Positions 52,101 through 63,501 of a stretch of 64,000 bases of DNA are shown in pieces. Origin of the DNA: Cyanidioschyzon merolae (lineage: Eukaryota). The stretch's first letter is position 1. Every line of letters begins with the position of its first letter. Where the stretch lies: the NCBI GenBank assembly GCA_000091205.1, contig AP006502.2; one strand, given 5' to 3'. The translations under genes were made by a program, and so were the position numbers. The notes under the pieces were generated by a model. That model searched no databases, was not told where the DNA came from, and saw only the letters and a list, made by a program, of their open reading frames with translations.

Positions 52101-53503
52101 CTCGTCAAGGCCGATCAAGAATCCTAAAACTTTGCATGAACCGGTGAGCGCCTTTCTGCTGCACTTTTGAATGTCGATGATTTAGAACTAGGAAAAAGCT
52201 CGGAAAAATCAAAACCAGGAGCAGGGCGGGCACTGCATTTTTCCATTCAAATCTGACACAGGTATAGAGGGAATCGAAACCAAAAGCGTGCCACCACAGG
52301 CGCATTCATCTACCCGAGAACCTCCGCGAGGCAAGTAAATGCAACAGCATTGGCAGGCAAGCACTTTTAAATGAGCGCGACTCGCTTTCGGTTTGGCGTT
52401 GTATTTCAGACGCGAAGCACCCGGATGCTGGGCACTCGCGACACACCCGACCCGAGTCCCGGTTGACGGAGGCTCACACGGTCCTCGCAAACTTGCACGC
52501 TTTTCGCTGTATCGACCATCAGGTATAACAAAGCGCGATGCCAAGAAAGCATCGCGTCCGAGTCTCGACGACGAGAGCTCGACCGGCATTCGCCAGGCCC
52601 CTCTGTAATGCTTGCAAGGAAGGACGCTGAAGCTGTATCGAAAGCAATGGCGAATGAACCCGTGAGCTTCGGATCGCCCGTTGCAAGCACGACGTGCATT
52701 CAGCAGCACCGAAGGCATTGTTTCCGCGCAAACCAAAACTCAGTGACGCGGTTACCGCCGTTGCACATGGCGGACGATCAGGATCCGCTCTCGAGTTGAG
52801 GTCGTCGGCTGGTTCGTGAGAGCCCAGCGCGCCAACACGCCTGCGAGGTACAAGCGGGTACAGCACGATTCGCCTCGATGATCGTTGGCAGCTACCAGTC
52901 GTCCGCTTCTTCCAGGGAACGATACACTGTCGAGCGATCGTTATTGTGTCGGTCTGGTTTCCGAGATCGATGTTGGTAAACGTTCGGTGCGTTTCGCATG
53001 CACCGACCCTAGTTGGAACCCAAGACCAGTGATTTGTTCCACTGTAGCTGCATGTGCACTTGCAGCGCGCGAATGTGTACACGCTTGTCTCTACCCGACA
53101 CGGGAAGGCTTCGCGCGTTTCGGTGCGAGCAGCGTCCATCTTTGTGCTGCGTCCAATGGCATAAAGCCTTGTTCACGAGAGTGCCGAGGCGTGCTCGCCG
53201 GGCCGCCAGACGACAGCCACCAATAACTCGTACCACACTCGCCACTGGTCTGTAACATGCGTGGAACGGGGTTTCACTCGCGAAACGCGGGCTGAACCCA
53301 GACAGTGCCATTGAATGCACTTTCCGCGTCGTAGAGAACCACCATCCGGGGCCATACTCGCGGCACACGTGAGACATCTATGCGGCGGTTTCCGTTCTAC
53401 GCACAGCAAGCGTGCCAGACCGCTTCAGGACGCCGGGCGGAAAAGCGTTTCTGGGACACAGCCGCATTGCTGTCTTATGTCTGTCCTGGCACGTTGCTCC
53501 GCG

Positions 53504-54208
53504 TTATATCCGAGAAAGGGGTGCTCCGCCCAGCGTGTGCGGCAGTCTGCGGGAAGTATGTACAAAACGAGTACGTAACTTGCCCCCGGATACCTCGGTA
53601 CCATGCAGCAGCAGCAGCTTTTCCACCTGGGTATCCTTTCCAAGCGGTAGACAACGATGCAAAAAATGACGCTTCCAGTGTACCGCTGACGCCATCGTTA
53701 CAACGTCTGGAGGGACAAGAGCAAGCCTTGGAATTGTCTCCGGTGGCGTCAGGTGACGAACGTCGATTCGATAGAAATCCCAGAGTTTGTACTCGGTTTC
53801 CAAGAACGCTATCCGCTCATCAACAGCCGCATGCAGCGGCATATGATCCGCAAAGCGGTGCCCACAAACGCAGTTATCGGCGGGAAACCAGTGCGGCCCT
53901 GTGTCCGCAAACAGCGAATCGTGGGGCTGTCTCCAAGCCTGCATCGCAAGCGCCCTTGCCAGCCGGTAAACGCCTTGCCCCAGCGCAATCAGTACCCCCA
54001 AGATATTCAGATGGAAGACGGCACATCGGCACTGACGGAACTCGTAATCCGGATGAAAGAGTATCACACCGCCGCCGGTTCGCGGTTCAGTAGTGACAGC
54101 TTGTCTGCGGCGAGGTAACTTGGTGCGCAACCAGCGGCGGAAACGCGCTCGCGAGGTCCACGGCTCGCCACTCAGGGCTTCGAAGCTGGGAACCGAGCGA
54201 CAACCCAT
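53504..54208 (-). CDS. Possible hypothetical protein (234 aa). This is the only ORF with protein-like composition inside the 7.5-kb ORF-poor interval
   Basis: ILFHPDYEFRQCRCAVFHLNILGVLIALGQGVYRLARALAMQAWRQPHDSLFADTGPHWFPADNCVCGHRFADHMPLHAAVDERIAFLETEYKLWDFYRIDVRHL has balanced, non-repetitive composition with scattered His/Cys. The overlapping plus-strand ORF 53380..54093 is Ala/Pro/Arg-rich and was judged an artefact. No homology was recognised. Confidence 0.25.
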   Translation of the reverse strand: MGCRSVPSFEALSGEPWTSRARFRRWLRTKLPRRRQAVTTEPRTGGGVILFHPDYEFRQCRCAVFHLNILGVLIALGQGVYRLARALAMQAWRQPHDSLFADTGPHWFPADNCVCGHRFADHMPLHAAVDERIAFLETEYKLWDFYRIDVRHLTPPETIPRLALVPPDVVTMASAVHWKRHFLHRCLPLGKDTQVEKLLLLHGTEVSGGKLRTRFVHTSRRLPHTLGGAPLSRI

Positions 54209-55129
54209 AGCGTGCGTTCTGCAGCAACCACGAACGCTTCAGCACGTCATATCCGTACACGGGCGCACCTGGAACGGAGCACCGGTATCGGGAACGCCAC
54301 TGGAAGAGTTCCCAAAGCCAGAACAACCTCAATGCAGCGTGAAAATTATCAGTTACGCTGTGCTACGGTACGTAGCGCAGGGCACTTCCAGTGCCTACGA
54401 AATGTAGCGGTTGCCGCGTTGCTGCCTGCACGCAACCTCCCAAAGAATACCCAGAGCGTTGCACGAAGACCCTAAGGTGCTTTCGATGAAGTCCTACTGA
54501 ACACACGCAAGAGCTCCCGCGTCACTGGCCGTGCCTCGGAGTTCCGGCGACTTGTGAATCAACGATTGACGGAGGGCGCTCGGTTCTCGGCGGTATTGCA
54601 AAGTCGCCAGCCACACATATCCAAATATAGGTGCCTTTTAAAAATGATGATAGAAGCAATACGTTCGATTTTCGAGTGAGTGAACGCATTCGCTGCTTGC
54701 AGGTGCAATTCATAGTCAGCAAACCGTAAAACGTTCTATGACCGTGGTGGGTATACATATACATACCCAGTCGCAGACGCCTCCCAGGCTTGTTTGCCCA
54801 GACGACTGCTATCGGCTTCAGTCTCTCCTCGCACACTTTGACCATGAGAGTCTGCACCACAGAGTCGGATCGTGTAAGCTCCTCGGGTATCGTCTTCAGC
54901 ACTGCACATCTTCTGATATTGACGGCGGCGTTAAGGTCTCGGTTCACGAATTGCTTGCGTTTCTTGCCTCAGGTGCAACTAACCGATGCAAGGATTCCTC
55001 GGACGCGTGCCCTCTGTGGTACCACAGTATTGCCACCGTCCTGTCGAGCAAACACCATTCTCGTCCATCGCCCTTCCTATGCTCCTTAGTGATTTGCTCT
55101 TCTTTGCTTGGTGGACGACGAGATGCGGA

Positions 55130-56165
55130 TTTTTCGCTTATTTTTCCCCGCAGCCGGAGATGGTGGTCCTCCAGCATCCTTGACTCGCAAGTCTATACCT
55201 TGGCCCATGATTTTTTATTTCTTCAAATGGACGCACTTTAGTATACTCTCAGAAAAGAACCCTCCCAGAGGGAGAAGGACTTGTGCGAGAAAGACAGCAT
55301 ATGTCCCGGTATCAATTTGAGCTGAACGCTTCAGTGATTCGCTCTGTAGAGCGATCATTCCTTTTCAGGATAGAGAACATTCCTTTCATGGGCGTCAATC
55401 ACGGAGTATACGTAGGAATGAAAAGCACCGCTGCCAAGACAGAATCGGCAAAAGCTCGAAAGAAATCGAAATGGTGAAATATCACGTTGTCCAGTAGAAA
55501 GACGTCGCCAAACGTGAGGGAAAAGTCCGCTATGAATCGACAAAATGAGTGCTGTTGGATGAGCCCTCTGAATGAGCGAAACTGATGCCGCCAATTGTAT
55601 CCACTGCAGCTAGAACAGATGATGACGCCTTAGTTCTCTTCGCGTTCGATCGTGCGTACCATGGGCTCCCTGCTCCGCGAATACCCATATCCATCCCGAG
55701 CGTCTCGCCCAAAGGAACTCTCATCGACTGGAAAAACAAAGTCCTCGTGTTTCTCACCTATCGCGACGTTTCAGGAACGCTTTCGCTGCGATTTCGGTGC
55801 AAGATGGCCATGGTTGAACTCGGACTTTTGTTGGAGAGTGTATCTCAGTGTATTCAGGACCGCACGAACAAGCTGTTGTGAAACAGAGACTCCCCTGATG
55901 GCTACTATTATCGCTTTTTTCTTTCCGTAAGGTGATCAATGGGTCTTTTTATAGCACTGACCGCAAGCAGTCTTCGAGAACATCGGTTTTTGGCGCGGAG
56001 TGCATCTACGTGCCTCTTTCATTGTTCCTCAACCATCAGAGTCCAGTGTAGTGACTACCCTGAATGAGAAATGCAATCCTCCGATCACTCTTCAGTAAAG
56101 CATATATCCTGCATGCAATTCATCTACGATCTATCGGCCACATTGCAGCCTGACCTCGATCCCCG
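55130..56165. repeat. Dispersed repeat family 2, copy B (~1 kb), ~70-75% identical to 23640..24700
   Basis: See copy A. This copy has the same orientation. It lies 0.6 kb upstream of the TAT ORF, while copy A lies 0.2 kb upstream of the CIA30-SDR ORF. Confidence 0.8.
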
Positions 56166-56749
56166 TTTATACGCCGCATCGAGCGCGGAACAGACTTGAA
56201 AAACGAAAAGCTTCACAAGATCAGGTCGGCACAGGTGGCGGCCGTGCAAACCCAGTGCTTCATCGTGTTCGAGATTTCCCCAAATCAAACGGCTGCAATA
56301 GACTCGTTGTCTTCAGCACTTTTATAGGACCACACGAAAGCGTTGGAAACACTGCACAAAGGTTTCAATATTGCTCGAAAGCGCGTTTGACGCTGCAGTT
56401 GTCGCTGCGTCCGCGTTCGGTATAACTCCGTGAGAGGCGTTTTCCAGTGCTAGCTCGACCAAAACTATACAGTCGATAGAGAGTGACTATCAACTGGAAA
56501 CTTGAAAGGACAAGTTTACAGGTCAATTCTCGCAAGGATTCGTCAGGCCGCACCTGAGCAACCTGCGCAGCACTCGAGTTTCTGCTTGAGCGCACGTTTT
56601 GCGAGATCACGACCACAAGCACCCTTGCAAGCACAACCAAGTTCCTGGAGAAACTTAACGAGTCCGCAGCACTCTCTCAACTAGTTTCTACGTCTCCACA
56701 GAGCAGTGTGCGCGGCTTTCAGTAACGTGCGTCTGCAGCGGGTTTCCAT

Positions 56750-59122
56750 ATGCGCCGCTGTCAACCTGTGGGCGCTGCTTTCGCCAGCGCACCGTCTCGT
56801 AGCGAGGCGCTGTCGACTTCGAGTTTCGTGGCTTACTGGGCACGCTCGGGAGCCCCGGAGCCAGCAAACCGACGACGCCTGTTACGGATACGTTGCATGC
56901 CCGATGCAGCTCCGTTCGTGGTGCTGCGGACGAAACACTGGCGACTCCGCCACTGCTCAGGTCGCTCTCGTATCGAGGCTCTCAACGCCGATGTTACCGA
57001 ATTGCATCAACTCAAAACGCCTACGACATGCTCTCCTGAAATGCCTGAATATCCAGTCGACTGGTCTGCTGCGGATGAGGATGACGCTCACGGGCACCTA
57101 CATGGAAGCAGGACTGCTGCTCAGCGTGGAACGAAGCAGTGCGTAGGCGCCGGACTGGAGACGACTCATCCTGCATCTTGTCAGCAGCGCATCAGAGCGC
57201 AAGACGCTCCATGCGCAACCACAAGCCCCCGAGCAGCAGCGCTCGTGATGCGAATGATCAGGACACACTTGGCAGCTATGTTGGCTATACTGGGCATTGC
57301 GCAGCAGCGGAAGCAGCAGCATGAACGCCAGTCCATTCGGGACTGCGTATCTAGGATGAGTACCGCCTATGCGAAGTATCAAGCGGCGTCGATTCTTGGC
57401 TTTGCGCAGCGCCCACCAGTTCTTACAACATCCGGGGAGCACCGTCCCTGCTGCCTGGGATCGTGCAGCGATTCAATCCTCGGGTCAGACGCGGTGGCGG
57501 ACAGCACGAACGACTCACTGCCGCAGTGGCTACGCGCATGGCGCGGCGGGCGCTCGTGGAGGGCCAACCTACACGTTCCAACAACGGCAGCGAACCTGCA
57601 GGATACCGGAAAGCAATCCGGGCTATCTCGGGAACTTGTCGTTATCTCGGAACGGCTGCTAGAGCGAGGCCTAGCCACGGGACGCTCAACCGCACTCGAA
57701 ATCGAGTCGAAACGAAGGGCAATCTCTTCGCTGTTGCAGCGCTACACCGAGACTACAGACTCGCCGCAGGGCTCGGAAACCTCAACTGGGTGCGTACCGA
57801 GTTTTCGCATGGAGGCAGGTATCACCAGGAGCGAGCAAGACGCGTTCGACGAGCGCACCAGCCGCAGTGGTACCGCCAGACGCCGCGACGACTGGTATGT
57901 GCCGGCTTCAGCGCGTGCAACACGAACCCGGAACCCCATCCGCGAACTCGTCCAGGGATGGAAACGCTCACCAAACCCGTCACGCGAACTCATTGACCTT
58001 TCCATTGGCGATCCAACCGCTTACCGGAACCTTGAGCCTCCATCGCATCTCTTGGAATATTTCGAAGGTGTGTTGCGAAGTGGGCGCTACCACGGTTATA
58101 CGCACTCCACAGGCATGGAGGATGCCCGCTCAGCGGTGGCGGAACATTTTAACCGCCGACTCGGTCGAAAAGCTCTAAGCTCGCGTGATATCTTCCTGAC
58201 AAGTGGCGTCTCAGGGGCGTTGGAACTCGCTCTATCGGGCCTCCTGAACGAGGGCGATAATATCCTGGTGCCGTGTCCGGGATTCCCGCTCCTGCGCACC
58301 ATAGCCGAAAACCTGGGCGCTTTCGTCCGAGAGTATCCACTGCTTCCTGAACAAGGTTGGAAGATTCATCTGAGCCGTCTGGAAGCATTGGTCGATCATC
58401 GAACACGCGCCCTGGTGGTGAATAACCCAAGCAACCCGTGCGGCTCGGTCTGGGATGCCGCGCATATCACTGAGATCCTCGCTGTCGCTGCCCGGCTGCG
58501 TCTACCGATTCTAAGCGATGAAGTCTACGCGGACATGGTGTTCCCGTCAGTTTCCTTTCATTCATTCGCTGCGCTCAGTCGAGAGGTACCCATTGTGACC
58601 GTCGGGGGTCTCTCGAAACAATTCATTGTGCCTGGATGGCGACTGGGATGGGTTGTTCTCCATGATCCAGTGGGCGCTCTAGATCGCTGCGGCTACCGTG
58701 ATGGGTTACAGCGACTCACCACGCGGATGCTGCTCCCGAACGCACTCGCTCAGGCGGTGGTCCCGTATGCGTTGGGCGAAGAAGCCCTGCGGAAGGCTTT
58801 TCTCGACGATTTGATGCTGCACTTGGCAAGCAATGCTTCGCTGTTCACGGAAAAGCTGCGAGCGGTGCCTGGATTACGCTGTATCATGCCCCAAGGTGCG
58901 ATGTATATGATGATTCAAGTAGACTGTTCTCGATTTTCATCCATCGCGAATACTATGGAATTCTGTCAACAGCTCTACGATGCAGAGAGCGTACTAGCGT
59001 TGCCAGGCGAGTGCTTTGGTGCTGAGGGCTTTATCCGTGTGGTCACGTTCCCGCCACAGCGCATCATCATCGAGGCCTGTGAACGGATCAAGCGCTTCTG
59101 CACGAGTCGATGTGAAAAGTAG
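56750..59122 (+). CDS. TAT: Tyrosine aminotransferase (class-I PLP aminotransferase, TAT/nicotianamine-aminotransferase subfamily). The conserved domain starts near 57900. The ORF has a ~350-aa in-frame N-terminal extension
   Basis: [34 protein letters not shown] aligns with human TAT [74 protein letters not shown] aligns with [61 protein letters not shown] aligns with [21 protein letters not shown]. The C-terminus matches ...FIRVV..P...[11 protein letters not shown]. An internal ATG at 57809 ([10 protein letters not shown]...) is an alternative start. Confidence 0.88.
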   Translation: [790 protein letters not shown]

Positions 59123-61522
59123 GGTTGCTGATGCGGCGAGAGCGGTTCCTGTCTGCCGTGAAAGACCAATGGAGCGAAACAGGGACCCTTTGAGATGCGC
59201 GTCGGTTATCGGCTGTCGCGGAAGCGGTTACATCCGGAACGCTCCAGTGCCGCCAAGCGGTTGCTGCCCCGGCTTGAGGCTCTTGGAAACAGCGGATACT
59301 CGTTTTCGTGCACCAAGGAGCGGTTGCGCGCCGCCATACCGCACAGCGACGACACCATAGTATCCTTGCAACCAGAAAGGAGAAGCGTGCTGCTCCCGGC
59401 TGGCCGAGGTGTTCTTACAAACACTACGGTACGAGTTCAAATTGGGTACGTTCAGCGTGAACGTTTCTAAAACCCAGAAGGGATCGTAACTGGCGTCTTT
59501 GCGTATACTCTTGCCGAGCGTATGCAGCGACTTGCAGTGTTTGTGCCTGGCGCGATGCACGGAAGCGGCGTATATTTTCTGTCGCAAAAGCGCTCTATAA
59601 AAATCATGCCTGCGACCGAGGACTTGCATTGAGAACACAAAAACTCGCCACAGGACGTTGTCTCTGGCGGTAGACAACGGCTTCGCAAGGATCCTGGAAC
59701 CATGATTCTCGGCTTGCTCCAGATGATGAACTGAAACGTCATCTATACACGTGTCAGGATGGAATGGAACGGGAAAGTTTTCGTTTTGTTCCTGCCTTTC
59801 GATTAGGCATGTTTTCGATAACCAACTGCGGTATTCGAAGTGCTGGAATAAGACACAGGAAGACATGGGTAGTTCTGGGGTTCTCGGTCGTCGTTTTTCT
59901 CTCTCTCTCTCGGAATGACGCCTTCGACGCTTTGCCGCTGGAGTTTTCCACTTCACTAAAATCAAGAGGACTCACGATGTCCACGAACAAGGCTTCGTAA
60001 AAGAACCGGTATCGTGATCCAATGCGCACCTACAACCCTCTACGCCTACCCGTTCGCTACATCTAGGGTACCCAAATCACGCATCCTTCAAAATTTCCAT
60101 GTTTCTAGTTCGAGGCACATCGTGAGCGGAGCAGTTTGCTCTTCTGGGGTGACGTGAAATAAAAACGCGATATCGTAATTTGACGACTTTCTCATAAGCT
60201 CTGGTCGTGGGTGCCATGATCTTCTTACTTTAAATGATTGAAATCCCCGAACGACAAAGCCTCCTCCTTTGTAATCATCGACGAAACTTTACTCGATAAC
60301 AACATGATACCTCGAATGGAAGATGCGCCCAGAGGCTCCCATTAATTCTCTTTGTATAGGGATGAGTCTTGGACTTGTGTCATTTCAGCGATCGCCTCCC
60401 GTGGTACATGCGTCATCGCTTGATACGTCGACGGATCGAAATGCCTCGACTTTTCTCCGTTAGGAAAAATGTTTCCTTCCAGTACTTGATGCACTATGGA
60501 CAGTACCGCGTTTCAAGAATGCTCAGTAGAACAGAGCATTGCGGACCTGCGCGTGCAGCGGACAGAGTACTCATCAAGAGTCTCGCCGCGGTGTATCCCA
60601 CGATCCTAGGGTACAACACTTGGCGCGGAAACCGAGCGCCGCATCTAGAGTAGCCCTCTGTACCCGTCAAATGCATCTACTGGGCGTTGAAGCAAGCCTG
60701 CACGCGCCGCACCGGAGCTCTCGGAGATGGAGGAGGATGCAAAGCAGACAGATGGGAACGCCCGATCAGCGTCAGGTTTCATCTCTGAGAGGGGTGCATC
60801 GACGCTGCATCGAAGGAAGCTGCAGACTGCCAGCAATGCGTAAATCGCAACTTGCGTCTGTGGAAGAAATGTGTCGACAAGAGCCGGCCACTATAAATTC
60901 AGGACTTGAATGCTGCCATTAACAACTGGAGGCTGTTGATAACACAGTAGGAGAGAAGGGAGAAACCGGTGTGTGGAAAGTCACAGAAAGCGTAGAGGAG
61001 CAGGAGGCAGTTACGGAAAAATCTCGCCAATGCTGGTGCTTTTGACATTTTGAAACAACCAAAAGATTAGACTGGAGGCTCGAGTGTGTCATTTGGACCC
61101 GTTCCATTTTACTCTAACGAGAATATAGAAGATGCCGGGTGTACGGAAGCTCTCGTGTCCGAGGTCTTCAACCGAGCGCCTCCTTTGCACGTTTACCGCG
61201 GAGGCAGGGTTCAGGGAGCGCCCGCCGCGTGCAGAGAACGCCGCTCTTTGGGCCGCCTGCCTCATGTGCTCGAAGCGTGCCGCCCTGCTCCTAGTGTGAG
61301 CAACCGAAATCAGAACCTGGCTACCCTACATGTAAACCAGAGGTCGAGCAGCCGCATTCCCGGGAAATGCGTAACATTGGCGTTATCTGCTATCAACGGC
61401 GAACTGGAAACAGTGTCCATGATAAAACCCTGGAATTTTTTACTCGCTACACAGAGTCTGAGCCTCGGTGACACTTGTAACCAAGCGAGAATAGATTTCA
61501 TGGATGGATACTTGCCAACGCA

Positions 61523-62131
61523 TTGGAGCACGGTGGTATCTGCATGGTACTCACCAGGGAACTCATTCACATGTCCATGTACCACGCGACAGTTCCCGAA
61601 AAACCGTACAGTCGCCAATCTTCACAGCCGTGGCATCCTTGGAGTGCAACCATGAGCAGTGAGGCAAAACCCTTGCATCTTTTCGTTCCAAAGTTGCTGC
61701 CAAGCATCCTTCTGGTCGCATTACGATGCGTTCTGTTGCACGTTCTAGTGCGGACGCCCAAATCACGCTATGTAGCACAGTGCTCACTGATGTTTGCGAG
61801 CACAACCACGGGTCACGATGCCCTTATTCTACGTATTTTTCTAAAGCGCTTCTCCGAATTTCTGCCTACCAGGCTGGCAACCGGTGATGATCCCTATACA
61901 TGGTACGCGTTTGATGTATGCCGCTGCGGGTGCACGCGCTCTCTCATGCTGGGAAGCGCTCGACGAGGCGGGAAACAACTCTCCTGCCCTTGGCACCAGA
62001 TGCGCTTTTCACCAATATCCCATAGACGAGCGTACTCTGTGACGATGACTCATCCTGCAGTGCGGGCTGCTCTGAGCGTTTGTACGAAAACGAGAGAACT
62101 TGATGCAGCGTTCGCAATACTGCAAGCATGA
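61523..62131 (+). CDS. Possible small hypothetical protein. Weak call
   Basis: The 202-aa ORF has an internal MSSEAKPLHLFVPKLLPSILLVALRCVLLHVLV hydrophobic segment. The C-terminal HPAVRAALSVCTKTRELDAAFAILQA resembles a single PPR/TPR-like helix pair. Nothing more was found. Confidence 0.2.
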   Translation: MEHGGICMVLTRELIHMSMYHATVPEKPYSRQSSQPWHPWSATMSSEAKPLHLFVPKLLPSILLVALRCVLLHVLVRTPKSRYVAQCSLMFASTTTGHDALILRIFLKRFSEFLPTRLATGDDPYTWYAFDVCRCGCTRSLMLGSARRGGKQLSCPWHQMRFSPISHRRAYSVTMTHPAVRAALSVCTKTRELDAAFAILQA

Positions 62132-62364
62132 CAGGCGTAGGCGTATTCGGTAGGTTTCCGTCCGCCCGGGGGTAGCTATCGGATGGATGTCGAGACTCGA
62201 GAGAGCCGGCTCGTAGAGACTTACGCCCATCTGCTCATCAACTTGCAGCTGCAGATTCATCCCGAAAATACACCAAAACTGGCTCTCGAACTTGTCTATC
62301 ACCACGTATGGCCGCATATCCTTGCAGATGACACTGGGCGAACCCCTGAAAAGAGCTGTTCAGT

Positions 62365-63501
62365 TCACGCACCACCCCTTTCGCATGAACATTCACGCGG
62401 ATGGGTCTCCAGAAACTTTAGCAGAACTTCTCTTGCCCGCGACAGACGAATAAACGCCTCCGTGCGCTGCTCCTCCTCCCAGGTCTCGCCGGCCTTATCG
62501 CCAGCGGTTCGACGCCAGTCTGGGTGCAGCGGTGCACATTTGCTGCGGAAAGTTCGATTGACAACGTGCGAGCACCAGTCACCCTCAAGACCGAGTACTC
62601 GAGCCGCGTCGGTTACAGTCAGATCCAGATTACCTCGCTTGGCGTTGAAGGCCTGCAGCCGCTCTTCCTGTTCCCGGGTGTAGTCCTTCACCCACTCAAT
62701 CGCGCCGTCAATCGCGTAGCGTTTGCAGAAGCCGCAACGAACCCCATCTTTGTTATAGATGATCTCACTCTGAATATTACCGTTTTCGTAGTAAGTACGC
62801 CAGTGACCCACTTTGCGAGCGCGCATGGTCTCTTCGTCCTCGACAAAGAAGACTTTCTCCGACTTGAGACGATTATTCGGGTAGTAGTGTTTGCGGTAAA
62901 GGTACGGCTGGCCAAGTGCAAAGTGCATGTCAACCCTACATATCCCACTTGGATCGTAGTGCTTCTCTTCAACTACGCGGTCGTAGTAGGATGACTCAGC
63001 GGTGGGGTCTGTGGCGTCCCGACGAAGGCGTCGCACGAAGGTCCGCATCAGCTTCAGCATGCCGTTCTCGTGGTACTCACGAACTGTCTGCAGCCGTCCA
63101 TCCTCTTCGTCCGGTTCGGTGTCCTCGTCATCCGATCGGTAGCCGTGGTACAGGTCGAGGACACAACTTTGACGTGTGTAGACGCCAGCAAGACGCAGTG
63201 CCTCTGCCGAGGACTGGTGCAAGTCTAACTTGTGATTAACTTCGGTGCTCAGCGCGAAAACCGCATCATCGTCCTGTGCTTTGTTCGTTGGTTTCATGTT
63301 CGAGACTAGCGGTGTCAAGTTCGGAGACAACGCCAGGAAACTGGTCCTGGACACGCTTTTTGAAGCACTCTTCAAGCGACAAGTCGTATGTACGAAGCGG
63401 CGGTGGCGGGTGTTGGGAGCGCCCTGCCCCCGCCAGGCCGCCACCGGGTGCATTCCTGTCCGCACGTTCCAGGCGAGGATCCTAGGGCACAAGCGCTGCA
63501 C
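62365..63501 (-). CDS. MORN/YwqK-type repeat protein with a C-terminal J-domain-like (HPD) region
   Basis: Repeats of the form HWRTYYENGNIQSEIIYNKDGVRCGFCKRYAIDGAIEWVKDY are preceded by GQPYLYRKHYYPNNRLKSEKVFFVEDE, so these are MORN-variant / YwqK-like repeats. The C-terminus DAARVLGLEGDWCSHVVNRTFRSKCAPLHPDWRRTAGDKAGETWEEEQRTEAFIRLSRAREVLL follows the DnaJ J-domain layout: helix II, HPD tripeptide, helix III. Confidence 0.55.
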   Translation of the reverse strand: MQRLCPRILAWNVRTGMHPVAAWRGQGAPNTRHRRFVHTTCRLKSASKSVSRTSFLALSPNLTPLVSNMKPTNKAQDDDAVFALSTEVNHKLDLHQSSAEALRLAGVYTRQSCVLDLYHGYRSDDEDTEPDEEDGRLQTVREYHENGMLKLMRTFVRRLRRDATDPTAESSYYDRVVEEKHYDPSGICRVDMHFALGQPYLYRKHYYPNNRLKSEKVFFVEDEETMRARKVGHWRTYYENGNIQSEIIYNKDGVRCGFCKRYAIDGAIEWVKDYTREQEERLQAFNAKRGNLDLTVTDAARVLGLEGDWCSHVVNRTFRSKCAPLHPDWRRTAGDKAGETWEEEQRTEAFIRLSRAREVLLKFLETHPRECSCERGGA

